Below the pieces are notes generated by a model that made no database searches, was not told where the DNA came from, and was given only the letters and a program-made list of their open reading frames with translations. Below are positions 13,201-27,100 of a stretch of DNA of 64,000 nucleotides, piece after piece. This stretch comes from Tubulanus polymorphus (Eukaryota; Animalia; Nemertea). The translations under genes and the position numbers were made by a program. Position 1 is the first letter of the stretch. Each line of letters starts with the position of its first letter. The DNA lies in assembly GCF_964204645.1 (NCBI RefSeq), contig NC_134029.1:2666001-2730000 (forward strand). The letters are read 5' to 3'.

Positions 13201-16200
13201 ATTGACTCATAATAGAATAATCATTGATATTTGTTCCATAATTTCCGTTCATCTTCATATCAAATTTCGTATCGATTATCATATCATCTATTTTCCCGTA
13301 AATGATCATTGGCCCTAAACTTTCTTATTAAAAGAATGCGAGGGTCGGAATTTTGTGCGAACTGAAGATTTCAAGGTCGACATTTTTCAGTTGCTCGTAA
13401 GAATTCCACATAATCGACGAAATAAAAAATCATTCGGTGGATGGTGAACGAATAGAAAGATGACATTGGTTCAAAATGTTTTTCTCTTATTTAAGAGTCA
13501 GGAGACAGAGCAAACAAATTGTTCATCCTTTATTTTTAAAGTACCAAATACGTTCGTCCTCGACTGGCAGTAATAATGAGAGACCATTAATGATAATTCT
13601 GACGTGGGACTAACTTGCATAATGATTCAGCTATTATACGATGAATTGGACGCATTAACAGTTTATTTATTTGATGATGAAGATCTGTGATATATTACTA
13701 TATAGTTGTCATATTAGAGACATTTCTAGACCACATCATTACGTCGTGCTGAGAATCACTGAAGTCCCTCAAACACTGAGTAAATCGAAATGTGTAACTT
13801 AGCAAACCGAACCGTGGCCGTAGATCAACATTGATGAAACACTGTGTAACGATAATGTAAAATCCAATACAAATGGAACAATTACAATGGAATGCTATTC
13901 ATTATTATATGAATAGATTATGTACATGACGACCCCACATTTGATGATATCCTAAGCTGGGCGTAGGTCGGCTACCAATATTGTGAAATTGTTCATTATC
14001 TTCTTCAACCTGAGATTTACAGTTGGCGTCCTTGTATAGCATCTATATATTCATCGTAAATTCGATACGATGAATTCAGAGCCACATATCCAAATAACAT
14101 ATCTAAACGTGTATTCACAAGGCTTTCCTATTCTCCGATGTTTTTATTTCTATTTCGTGCTGAAAGTCTGATTCGTTTGCGTTGCTACAAACAATCATCA
14201 AAACATCAGTCAGTCGTTGGAAAAAAATGCGAAACAAATTTAAAATGAAAAATTTCCCCTTACCGCCATTAGCGAGCTTTTTACCCCATCCTTCTAGACT
14301 TCAGATTGCCTTGTACTCGCTGAACACGAGATAAAGATCTCCTTTTTTATATTTTCAAAAAGGTGCAGACAAAAGACATTTAGAGCTATATCATGTTATA
14401 CGTGGAAATCGTATAATACATACAAGCACGAGATACTTGTCTTGTATTGCAACAAAAAGTCAGTTTGATAAAGAACAATGAGGATGTTTTGCCCTCCGCT
14501 GTAGGAGAGGAGTTATCTAATATATAAAATGTTTGTTTACAGTGTCGAGAGAACTTTAATAGATATATCAGATTCCATGTACCAGTGAGTGTTTGCCTTG
14601 TCTGCCGCTTCGTCAATATATTTCTGAGAAAAAAAAAATAAGAAAACCTTACTTTGAAAGTTGTAAGGCCCAATTTCACAGTCGGGCTTAGGCAAAGTAT
14701 TTCATCCGTAAGCAAACCGAGTCCACTTTGAACTGCTCTCTATAATGAAAATAATACTCGATAACGATTACGCCTTGTTGTCAGAGTTTGAGCTGCTATT
14801 TCAAATTTAACCACTAATAATTTTGTAATTTATGTGAAATGGATTAGGAAAAATATGTATACACAACTCATCCTGTATATATCCGCGTGGTAGACTTAAT
14901 GATATCAATTCGATTCATATCACTTACTGAATTCCTCAGTGCAAATTGTACCCCCCACTTTCCAGATGGATGCGAAATAGTTTTAGGGAAAAATTTGTTT
15001 AGTCTTTTAAAGAGGATCGTGTCTTAGCCCCCGCCGTATTTATAGAGCGAGTGAGAAGAGAAGCGGCCAATTTCCGGTGCGTTAGTTTGACGTATTGGAA
15101 AACGATAGTCTGAAGATCGATATTATCTATATTTCTGACAAATTTATCGATGTATCAATCGAACTTTGCAACTGGGGAAGCGAAATCGTTTCTTACAAGG
15201 ATAAATCTGATAGAAAATAAACTACTCGTCTTGATTCGACGGGCATTTATTGCGACCTTCACATTTTGGTCATGAATTTTTATTACACGGGAGCAATTTC
15301 GTAGATTTTGCACTTATTCGGGACAGTTGCAGCGGCAATAACATGAACCATAATCAAGCAAAACTTGATGAAAAAAAGAATCAGATGAAAATCGATTAAA
15401 TATGAGAAGTTAGTTTGACTCATCATGCATCGATATTACGAGGGCCATCAATCGCGATATCACGATAAATAAATCGTAAGTCCGTCATTAAAGAAAAAAA
15501 CATTTTTATTTCCAGGAAACACACCCAGTTTGCGGTAGTGTGTTGTATTTACATATTAGTAACAGCATTAAAGGTAAGTTCCGTTAGGGTTAACCGTGAT
15601 CAACTAATCATATCATCGTGTTATCTAACTTACAAATTATGAATCATTTATATGGCGTAGAACGGAACTCTGTTTGCGCTAAACAACAAATTCGTCTACT
15701 CTAAAGAATGTAGATATCAATTTCTATACGTAGGGCATCTATGGACAATCAGATGGACGATGGTCTGAATGGAAGGAATGGAGTAAATGTTCAAGGTCGT
15801 GTGGACTCGGTGTCCGAATGAGAATGCGAGAGTGTAACGACAAGGAAAGGTACCGCGTACCCAGCACCTAATTACCGTAGATAATCGCTTTTATACAATA
15901 TGTCTTACAGAACCAAATAAATTAAAAATGACATATCTCTAGTCTACAAGATGATATATATCTGATCTGAACAAGATCCCGTGTGGCTACGCTCCTGCGA
16001 GGAGAGAGGAATCGCGTCACTATCGCCACCCAGACGAATAGAGATATCTCCACTTCGATTCATATCAATAATGATAACAACAGCTTATCTAATATCTATT
16101 AGCAGTAAACAACACCGGGCCATATTTCACTGTCCTGCTGTGTCTTCACGCCCTGTACTGTGCGCAAACTGTTTCATTTTTCCGATGTGTTCGAAACTTT

Positions 16201-18156
16201 TTTTTAAAGAAACATTACGTACATTAAAACATTTTCAGTGTTGATAAATAACGCTAAGAAGGTTTACAAGTATAACAGCTGTGTTTCAGATTAGAATAAC
16301 GCTTCTTTATTCTTGCGATGAATTATGTCCCGGGTACGAGAGATATAGGGTCTGTGTTACTACAGTTAATTGTCATTCGACTTCAATATTCTATAAATAT
16401 TCACATAACAATTTGTCAATACGGCTTTTAAGACTTCATTGACTCGCCGACTATCAGTAAATACTTATTGTAACCACTGTAAAAAATAACATTTTAAAAC
16501 GATTATCATTCTGTTTCGTGGTGGTGGCTTATAAAGCCACACTATACGCCGAAAACCTTGCAGTCCAATCCGTATTTGTAAACGAATTGAATCAAAATTT
16601 CTCAATCAATGATATATATGTTAATCCTACTGATTCTTTATTCGTAACACACAAAATTGAATCGATTTCCCTTTCTGATCTCAAGTATGATAAGTGTCTG
16701 CATTTTGCACTAAACTGAATTTTACGCAAACAAAATTGTTCAAAATCATCTCGAGTTGAACTAAGTTACTTGAAACGTCTTTATAAACGGGTTTGTTTAC
16801 GGCGGGGAGATTAACAAGGTTCGGTAGCTCTCAGGGCGACATCAGCAGCCGTAAATTACGTCAAATAAACCCTTCACACTATCGCGTAGTTTACACAATT
16901 CATTTTTATGAAAAAACAAATTTCATATCTTGAACACGCAGTTTTACACGTAGGTATTACTCACTTGTAAGCGATGAAACACTTTAAAATAGGAATGGGA
17001 TTCATCACGAACATTATGAACTCTTTTCAAGTATATTTTTCTACCCATAAGGTTTTATTTGGAAAATGTTATGGGAATCGAACGATGCAGTTTTAGAGTT
17101 TTCTACCATTTGAATTTTATGATTTATGGACGAATAACAGTAGAAGAGGGCTCTCGAATTGAAGAAAGAATACCCACAATATTTAAAAAAGCTAGGAGAG
17201 TAGTGACGTTTCGGGAATCATTTTTTTAGTTTTTGTCGCAATTGAGTCGAAACGTTGTTCTTCGATATTGTAGGATGTTTCTCTATTTAAATCAGGTTCT
17301 TGGAAACCATTAGGGCTCTAAGTTTTGCCGCCACAAGTTTTATATTTAAAAATTATTGTTTCAGAGTCTACGGAGGACGAAGCCAGTCAAAATGTATTGG
17401 AAAAAGTGCGCAATATGAAACATGCAATACTAGGGTACGTAGATGATATTAACCCAAAATAAATAATTAAGTCTTTCTGAATGAGTAAATTACATAACAC
17501 TTAACATAAATTTCAACCCCGAGTTGGTTGGCATTTAGTATTTTTACTCGTTTCTGGAAAATAATGTCCGTTTAAAGGTAACGTTACGGGTGGTGAATAA
17601 TGTATCTATCCAAATATAAACTCAGACAGTCGCAGGTTGAGTTGATTAGTGGATAGTGCGCGTGCCTTATCGGCTAATATGAGATTATCGATTAGCGTTA
17701 GATGATAATCCATGCAGTTTGTATAGATTTAATCCCCGACTGAGAAATCTGTATCTATCGTGGTTTTCTGAGCAATTCAGTGCTAAAACTGCATAAAAAA
17801 TACCCCCTACAGACACCCGTCAATCTTACCACAAAAATTCATTATACTTCTTTGCCAAACCAAATCTTTACTTTAAGAGGAAAAACAGAAAAAGTTTTCG
17901 CCGAGGAAACGAGGTATTGGTGTAATTGGTGACATACGAAGAATATATTTGTTTTGTCTAGTTGTCTGGCCGATAGGTGTCGTAGTTGTTGTTCTATATC
18001 GCCCGGTTATTAGCTCTGTTTACATTACGCAATAGCGTCTATTATCACGTAATAAAAGTTATTCAGACAACACGAATAATCGTTGTTTATGTGGAACAAT
18101 ATTTTATAAACAACTTGTATATATCGTATATATAATAGGGCGATTTATTTCGCTAC

Positions 18157-18196
<40 letters not shown>

Positions 18197-21100
18197 TGCA
18201 GTAGAGAATGTGCAATCATTTTTACATATTATAAGCTAAAGGCTGTACATAATATGCATACATCAAATGCGACAGGCATTGACTATTCGTAATATGGCCA
18301 TAGTTGAGCCATTTTGATAAACCGTTAAATATGTGTGCGGTAGTAGTATAAGTAAAAAGTTATTTGATAATCAGGAAGTTATGTATAAGTTATGTGAACC
18401 CCAAAGGCAAGCAATGCACTCAGGTAATCCCTACCTGTTATCATTCGCCACAGCTGCATTCTTCCTAACGCAACTTTTCGAGCTATTGTTACTAAGCTAA
18501 GCCAGGAAATTAGCAAAGGCGAAACCTATGTTTCTTTTGATTGTCTGGTAGAAAAAAGTGAAGATAATTGATATCTCTAAATTAATCGTATTTGTATATG
18601 ATTTTGATTCTAGAATTGTCCCGCAGGCAGCAAAGATTTTCGAACCGAGCAATGTGAAAAATTCAATCATAAAGTATTCAAAAATAGGCGTTATCGATGG
18701 GAACCATATCTAAAAGGTAATTCTCCAATGCGAAACAATGGAATTTGATAGCTTATTATGAATAGAACTTTTTAAAAATCTTTAGCAGAAATCATACTAT
18801 TTCTTTGTATTGCAATGTTGTTATTCAACTACGATTTTACCTTTCTCGTTTGAGCGACATGAAGGTTTATTTACAAGGTTCAGATGGATTCTATGTAACA
18901 TCTTTACTTCAGCTCGGAACCCTTGTGAATTGGCGTGTAAAGCTACTGGTCATGAATTCTACGCCCGACTCGCTCCGAAAGTTGTAGATGGAACTGAATG
19001 CAGAACAGATGGCACAAGTATTTGTGTAAACAGAGAATGCAAGGTAACATTTAAAACCCAGACATACGCATTTCATCGATTATTTATCCCCATAAACCAT
19101 TATACACTATACACTAGATTAACTAATTGGCAATAAATGAGTCTCAATGTTCCAAAAAAATTGTGTCCGTTATTTGCTTCAACCAGAACCGAACAGATCA
19201 CATCTAATTTGTGGTAATAACCAATAAGTGGTCAAATTGAATTGTTGGGGTCGACTACCACTGTTACACACGTGGTAAGCCAGGTTAACCCTCACACACT
19301 TTTTATGCAATACGGAATTGTACGATGCGGGTTAGTTCCGTGCGAAATGATTTACCTTGGGCATAAAACGCTTTAAAACGTGATTTTCCCACCAGAAACT
19401 TATGCCAGCGGTAAATGCCAGTTGAATATTACTAGAACAGTTAAGCAAACATTGGTCATCACATATTATGTAGATCACAATTTGACCACGGATTGAGCCC
19501 CAAATCTTCGCATCAGTGATAGACTTTTTCAGGGGTCAGGGTCAGAATTGAAATGCAGGGTCCAAAACAGAAAGAAGGGAATTCCTCAGATGAAGCAGAC
19601 ACGCCGAGGCAGCAGGTGGAGTTCCTCTTAGATCTGCTCCTGCTTTTTAAGGCGCACGTCGCAGTAATTTCTGCCCAAATAAATTGCAGTCTCGCAAGTA
19701 ATATGAAACTGAACGGGTTTATCTTGAAAATACCACAATAGACAAATATGCGCAGTGTGATCATCGGTTATGATACGCTGTCTGTGTTTATGAATGATGA
19801 ATTTTTAAATAGAAATATTTCTAACGCGAGGAAATTGACCGAGAGCGATTTACATTCCATCGTTAAGGAATTGGAACGTGGGCCGCATTATACTTAAAAA
19901 CCCCGTTACAAACAATCATAATCCGATAAACTCGATGGTCATTATAAATACCTCAGGCCATGGGAATTGAATCTTCCAACGGCAAAATATTGCTATCAGT
20001 TACATTTAAGATGGTGTCCCTAATTCGAAAGCTATAAAATTCGATCGAAGATCAAAGATCGGCTGCCGTTGCTAGTTCGTGAGTTAATGATTTAAATGTA
20101 AAATAGATGGCGGCAGGGTGGTCTATTTGAATTTTATCAGTCCTGATATATCAATTCAGTTAACGAATATATCAAACTCTTTCCTCCGTAGATCATTTGA
20201 GAGACTACTGTATTTTTCCGATATATTATGACAATTATCGTGTTATCACGGCAAATAAACTAGCGTTAAAAATTACCCTCCGTGTATTAACAAATTGCTT
20301 ATTTCCGGCTGCAGGAATTCCTAGACTACGAGGGCCTCACGTTTTATACCGTAACGAACCGGTGACGTATAATAGCGTTTTTTACGCCGTTATTACCAAA
20401 TAATCATCACGTATTCTATACACGGCGGCTCTCATGATGTTAATGAACTTAACTGGAAATATTCCGAATGTATCACCGCCACCTCAACAACGTCTATTTA
20501 GAAGAACGCGAATAATTTTTGTTTTTCTTAAATATTGCATTTCATTTTTTTCAAGATAATGTAGTTGTATATTAGAATTCAGGGCAAAGTCGCACAGTCG
20601 TGACTTAGGTCCAAAAGTGGTTTTAAATCTCTCAAGCCTGGCCTTATTTTTTAGTCATATTGGCTATTGAATTAAGATCGTCCCAGACTGGTCTAAAACC
20701 TAAGCCATGACTGTGCGACACGTCGCTCATGCAGGGATCCAGTAACACAGTCATGAATTCAGTCCAGAAGCGGTTCTAAAATCATGACTGGTTTTCAGTC
20801 GTGAATTGGCTATGGAACCGACTGGCTCCAGTAGAAACATGCCCCCCGTTCTAACCCGTATATCATTTTTTGATTCCGATCCATTTGAACTTTATTCAAT
20901 TGACTATAAAATACACGTCCCTCGAGGGCACTATTTTTTCACTTAAGTACAAACAAATATAGACTATTTTTCTTCTGTTTTTCATTATATGAAGTGACCT
21001 GATTCACTTGAAATACTTGGCACTGAAAACCTGCGCCGAACTATTGTTCAATTCAAATACTCAAATTGAATAATGACAATAAAAACCAGAATAGTTTTGA

Positions 21101-24100
21101 AGAAATAGTTCTCTGTGTAAGACTGACTGTAAATATATGCTCAAATCGTTAAATGTAATTTATATCGTGTTCGAGCTATTCAGATTAAACATAAATAATT
21201 CCGGGGCCGTAGTTAATCTGAGAACATCGTCCTTAAATCGTAAAGTCACCTGATAGTGCGGACTGATATTTGTGGAAAAGACACGTAAAATAAATATACA
21301 TATGTCACGGCAAATATTATCATTCGGAGGTCAAGGTCACTAAAGAAGCCGTGACTAGCTTCATTCAAGGTTGACAGGGCTTTCATAGCTTTCGATTATT
21401 GTAATGAAAATTGCAAATTAATGAAGCGAATCGAATGAGATATATTCGAATTTGATAATGCCAGGAATGCTTACGAAAATACGTTTTGAATGCACTATTT
21501 AAATGTTTCTTTGAATCAAAGATCTGTTGACACAACGAACAGTTCTGTATTCATACAAATAATATTTTCACAAGAAGAAAACGAAAGACGAAGACAAGAA
21601 AGACGAAGTTTTCTCAGACCAGCTGATAGTCAGCGTGTCATACGAAATATTCAAAACAGATTGCTATTATTCATTCGACGCTATTTCAAATACAAAATTT
21701 CAAGCATTCTTCGCGATATTATTTTCGTTGCAGGTAGAACTCTCTTAACACTTACGGAGCACTCCTGCATTATTGACGGAGCACTCCTGCACAATTGAAC
21801 GCGAAAAGAACTGAGTTTTTGATAGGCATTTCATACATCGTTCCTAACTTCAATCTGTCTGTCACTTGTTTTTGAAGAAATTGTTTTTCTTTTTTTTTCT
21901 AACAATCTGACAGCCACTTTTAGCGATGAATTTTGTGTATTCATTTGCGCAGTGGCCACGGCATACCCCCGAAGCAAAAAAGCAAAGTGCTCTCGGTATT
22001 GAATGACAGACAGCGATACATACACCTAACCTGTCACCGTTTGAGTAACGAAAACTAAATAGTTTTAACATCTGCAAAGGTGTACGGTTTATGATCTCTG
22101 ATGAACGATGAAGTCACTGACGATAGTCTAACGATAGTATAAAATCCCACAGTAAGACAGAAAAACGAATCCGAAATATTTCCTTTAGCTGCTGGTTGAT
22201 TAGAAGTTTCGACATTAACCTAATAGTTAACTTCAGGCATACTAATCAACATTGTAGTACAGTTGGAACATGTAATGTAGAAAAAATTCAGGAATATTAA
22301 ATACTGCAAGATAGCTATTAGAACATTGCCGAAAAATTCGAATGAAATATCAACTCGAGGAAACATTTTAGACTGTTTCTGGATTTTATATCATTGTTCA
22401 CGTATGCCATTGGCCGTCAAATGTGACTTTTTATTTCCGTTTATGGCGCGCTATGACGTAACGTGTATTACCTCTGGTAATATGCCTGTTTGTATAAATG
22501 AATTTTGTAGCTCGGTTGAATTGTTACAGCTGTTTAAAGTTATGCGATTTTTTTTCCAGTAAATTATATAATCATTCCAGATCGAACCGAACGAGCAGTT
22601 TGTCTTCAACAGTCGTCACGTCACGTACTCGCTATCGCCTTCCCTGTTCGAATTGTCCCTCTATTCGATCATTAATCGTCTGTAATGTATAATGTATTAG
22701 TCAATAGCTGTCAAACGAGAAAAAAAGAGAAAAACACTCCGTGGTCTTTTTTTCTTCTAAAAACCCACACAATCGACACGAAAGCTATTTCGTTGGATTG
22801 CGCGTCATAGACGTTCGAGCTCTGGTAACATGCGCAGTTCAGCGCGTAAACTAGCTTGGTGAATTTTACGAAAAATTCTACTTCGAGGGAATTAAAACTT
22901 CTTCAATCGGAAAAACTTATATCGAACTTAAAACAATGTGGATTAACCGGATTCTATTTGTTTTCGCGATTCTGGTAAGTGCGCCCGTTTATGACAGGAA
23001 AGCGAAACAAAACGTCAACTTGAAACAACTTCAGTCAATTCAAAATTAGACAGTTAACACTTGACTAGTTCCAAAAATTAATCATTGTTTTGTTGTTTAC
23101 ATTTTTTTACATAGCATTTCGTGTCTTCCGTGCAGACTATACAATAAGACACTATCAATAAACACATATGGTATCGGAGTTGAAAAGTTTTGTTATCAAA
23201 CCATAACATTTACGTGAACAAAGTATCTTTAGTTAAGCTCGAGAGTGAAAAAATACGTATACAAATTATCATAGCGTTAAAACAGTCTATTATCTGGTTA
23301 TAGGGGCACCTGTCAATCTGAAATTAACAAAAACCAACTTCATGCAAATTCCTAGAAATATGAATTAAATTCGAGATTGGTGCGGCATTTCAGACTTTTT
23401 CTCTTCCATTTAACTACGTGTTACGTATTCAAAATTAAGTTACAATTTTCTTCGAATAATAGCTTTTCAAAGTGATCATAAGTGACTGTGTTTAGACAAC
23501 GTATCATGTTTTAGCTAATAGATCCATTTCTTCCAACTTCACATGCGACACAGCTAGAAATAATAATATTGACTTTTTGTATTTACTTGTTACGTAATAG
23601 ATCTGTATGACCCTAATAAAACAATCACTATATAACATTGAGATACCTTCATGTTATCTAATCGAAAAAAGATTTTCCCATGAAATAAGAAATTCGTAAT
23701 TCTTCTGCAGTTGATTTGTGGTTCTTATTCTTTTACTCGACGAACATCGGGATGAACTTATGCTGATAATCGTTTTCATCACACAACCGAAAGCTCAACG
23801 CTAACGATTAGGTTACTTACTTAAACCTGAACCTTTTTAAGTTAGAAAAAACTGTGAAATCTAAGTACGCGCAATACCATGTTGATGAAATGTATATGAA
23901 TACATCTTAATCGTTTAAGAAATTCGAGATATTATTTCATGGAGGTTATCAAAACGAGTTTAAATTGAATTCCGTGTAAAACTACAAAAAAAGACTCCCG
24001 AATACAAATCGGCTGACATTAAAGACTTTGTTTATGGTAATGACGAACAATTCAGAAATCGCTTTTTCTGTGTGAATGATAAATTCCAGCTGTAATGAGA

Positions 24101-27100
24101 TTATTTGGCAGTAAAAGAACACGCGGATACGAACTGACTGGTTCTCGGTAGAAAAATAGTTATAACTATACATGATTATCCCTGATTAGAGACGATATAA
24201 TGATTTTTATAATTACGGTGAATACTTATATGCATATCAATCAATCGTAAGTCGTAATTTCGACGTGTGATTTTTTCTTGTATTCTGATCGTTTGATACA
24301 AATATCTAGTGAACTTGCTTCACTGTAAACTACTTTTACTACGATGTACTTAAGAGTTCAATAATTGGAGACCCTGAAAAACGAAACAAGCCCGTGTATC
24401 GAAGTGGCCAAAAGGTCAGATGTAATCGTGAATATCGTTGGTCAAATTCATATCGAAGTTATACTCAACGAGCCCAATTTCTCATAGTACATAACTATAT
24501 TATGATACTTGCTTCAGTCAACGATATAATGATTACAATGGAATCTGGCAATATGAGATAAGCCGTCCTTTTGACCACCTCATTGCTTGCCTCGTCGCGG
24601 ATTTGTTTCAAATGTGGCTTCTTTTTCTATTTAGAAAATAGGTTGCGACGGAGTGTTGGGTTCGAGCCTGACGTATGATAAGTGCGGTGTTTGCGGCGGT
24701 GATAGTAGCACGTGTAAAGTAGTATCTGGTATATTCATCCGCACACCTTTACCTTACGGTTACAACGAGATCGCTACTATACCGGCCGGCGCTTGTAAAC
24801 TCGTCATCAAAGAGACCAAAAACAGTCGTAACTATCTGGGTGAGTAATTAAAAACAAACACTCCAAGTTCGAGATTTGAAACTTTCGGGTAACTGTCCTG
24901 GCTAAGAGTGGACAGTTCCAACGACGACTATGAAGGATAAGAAAAACGTAGCTCGTATTGTAAGCAGGAATAAACGTGAAATCCGGTGTATATATATTTT
25001 TTTTGGTGGGGTTATGACGTCACACAATGATAGTGGATTTCAATATATACAAACGAACCACCGCGACAGGAACTGAGTGAATATTACAAACTGCCTCAGG
25101 TTATTTCCTCTGGTCTTTCGTATCATTTTTCCCTGTTTTTATTTTCCATGGTTTATTTCATTGCGCTTCACCTGTTCTCACCAGGAGATATCGCTGACAA
25201 GACGAAGAATGCGATTGTTGAAAATCCAAACTCTACCGGGGGTGGCATTCTTTCCGACCGAGTTATTTCATAAATAATGCATATATAATACGGATTGCGG
25301 AGAGCTTCGTGGGGGTTCATTTCAACCAATTATGTAACTATTAAAGCGACACTTAGTTGACAAAAATGTCTCAATGGAACGTGTAATTACATTACAAAGC
25401 CATATGCAAGTTTTTGCGAGTGATTTTAAAAAGAACTATTCCGATTGAAAATGCACATCACTCTGAATACAGTTGTAAGTGAGCATTTGGCTATCGAGTT
25501 AAATCATTAGGAATTGACTTATTCTAACTCAACTCTTTCTCACAACGGCGAAATCATGTCCAGGATAGAGTTAACCAGAGTTAAAATCCGTTCTTTTTCA
25601 ATGAGTTTACTCCGAGTCAAATCCTAACTCAGAACTCTCTTTGTAATTGGGTCCTGATGTCAACATCGATGTCGTTATTTCAGTACTGAAAAAGAAGAAT
25701 TCCGGACACTACATTCTGAATGGTAATTACGGTATTGATTGGAGTGGTGATTATAAGGCTGCCGGTACCGTGTTTAAATACGTCAGACCGGTCACGAAAA
25801 ACTCGGATAAAAATGAACACATAACAGCAAACGGTCCACTCACTGAACCCATCGTATTAGAGGTGTGTATACAACACATTACATCTTCAATACCTCGATA
25901 TAAAATCCAAATGGTAAATTAGTTAACAGATGCATTACCATTAGGAGCGTCACAAAGATATTCCACGGTTAATGAACAATGCCTCATCTTATCTGGTAAC
26001 ATCCTACGTAATGTGTATGAAAATACATTCATTACGGTTTCTCTGAAATGGAATAGATAATTCTCGAAACTATAAACCTTAGATATCATCAGTAATTGTG
26101 GGATTATACATTATTTTCTACACCTAGAATATGTCAATCCAACCACATATGTCAATTGTTCAACGCAGGTTCTTTATCAAGAGAAGAATTCTGGAATTGA
26201 GTATCAATATTCGATACCGGTTGTAGGAGCGGGTCGAGGACGTGTCAGTAGTTCTCAGCACAGGTATCGTTTCTCATATCTCGGCATCTCAATTTCTTAC
26301 ATATTTGACGTGTTTCTAATGTGCTCTGTGTATTGTTGTTAGGGTAGCGCCTGCAAATAATAATTATCTATCGACTGACACGGTGGAAAGACCAACACAT
26401 GGAAATCGAGATAGGAATCAAAATCGTGTCCCTGCACGAGGGACTGGACAGGGGATCGGACATGGGACTGGACGCGGGACTGGGCGAGGTACCGGACGCG
26501 GTACAGCACGAGGTATCGGACGCGGGACTGCACGAGGAACCGGACGCGGGAACAGGCGCAGACCTGGCAACTCTTCGCCACAGCGGCCGCAAGTCACCGG
26601 AGAGCTACCACCCGATCAACCGGTCGATTTGAGTAAGGTGTTCCAATGGAAGGTCCACGGATTTACAAAATGTTCAGCATCTTGTGGAGGAGGTTCGTAT
26701 GTATTCTTTTTGATAGGAAATTGTTAAACGAAAACAAAAATATTACGAATAATTTCCCACTTTGTTTGTGATAAAGGATACCAAAGATCTAATGTTTTGT
26801 GCGTTGATATAACTTCAATGGCCGTCGTAACGAATGTGAATTGTGATAGACACAAGAAACCGACGAGTCAAACAGTACCGTGTGCGAATGAACATTGTCC
26901 ACCAGAGTAAGTAAAGCCTAGGGATACCATCATAAAGATACCACCGTAAAGATCGTTTCAAAATATATAAAACTTGAAAAGGTCTTATCGTTGTATCTAG
27001 TAACAATCCACAATTTCGGCTGAACAGTGTGATGTGGTCAACTGCTAGTGGGTTTATTTTATACTGCGATGTTTTCTTTCTGAACACGTCAATGTGTATA

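Noticed and set aside
17627-17745. tRNA/SINE-like segment (gattagtggatagtgcgcgtgcc ... gatttaatcccc)
   Set aside because: The A- and B-box resemblance is too degenerate and the spacing too long to call.
21490-21798. 102-aa intronic ORF with an Arg/Glu-rich stretch
   Set aside because: No recognisable domain, no fitting splice phases, and not needed for the ADAMTS-like model.
26339-26632. Overlapping alternative-frame and antisense ORFs
   Set aside because: By-products of the GC-rich 12-bp repeat in the ADAMTS-like exon.
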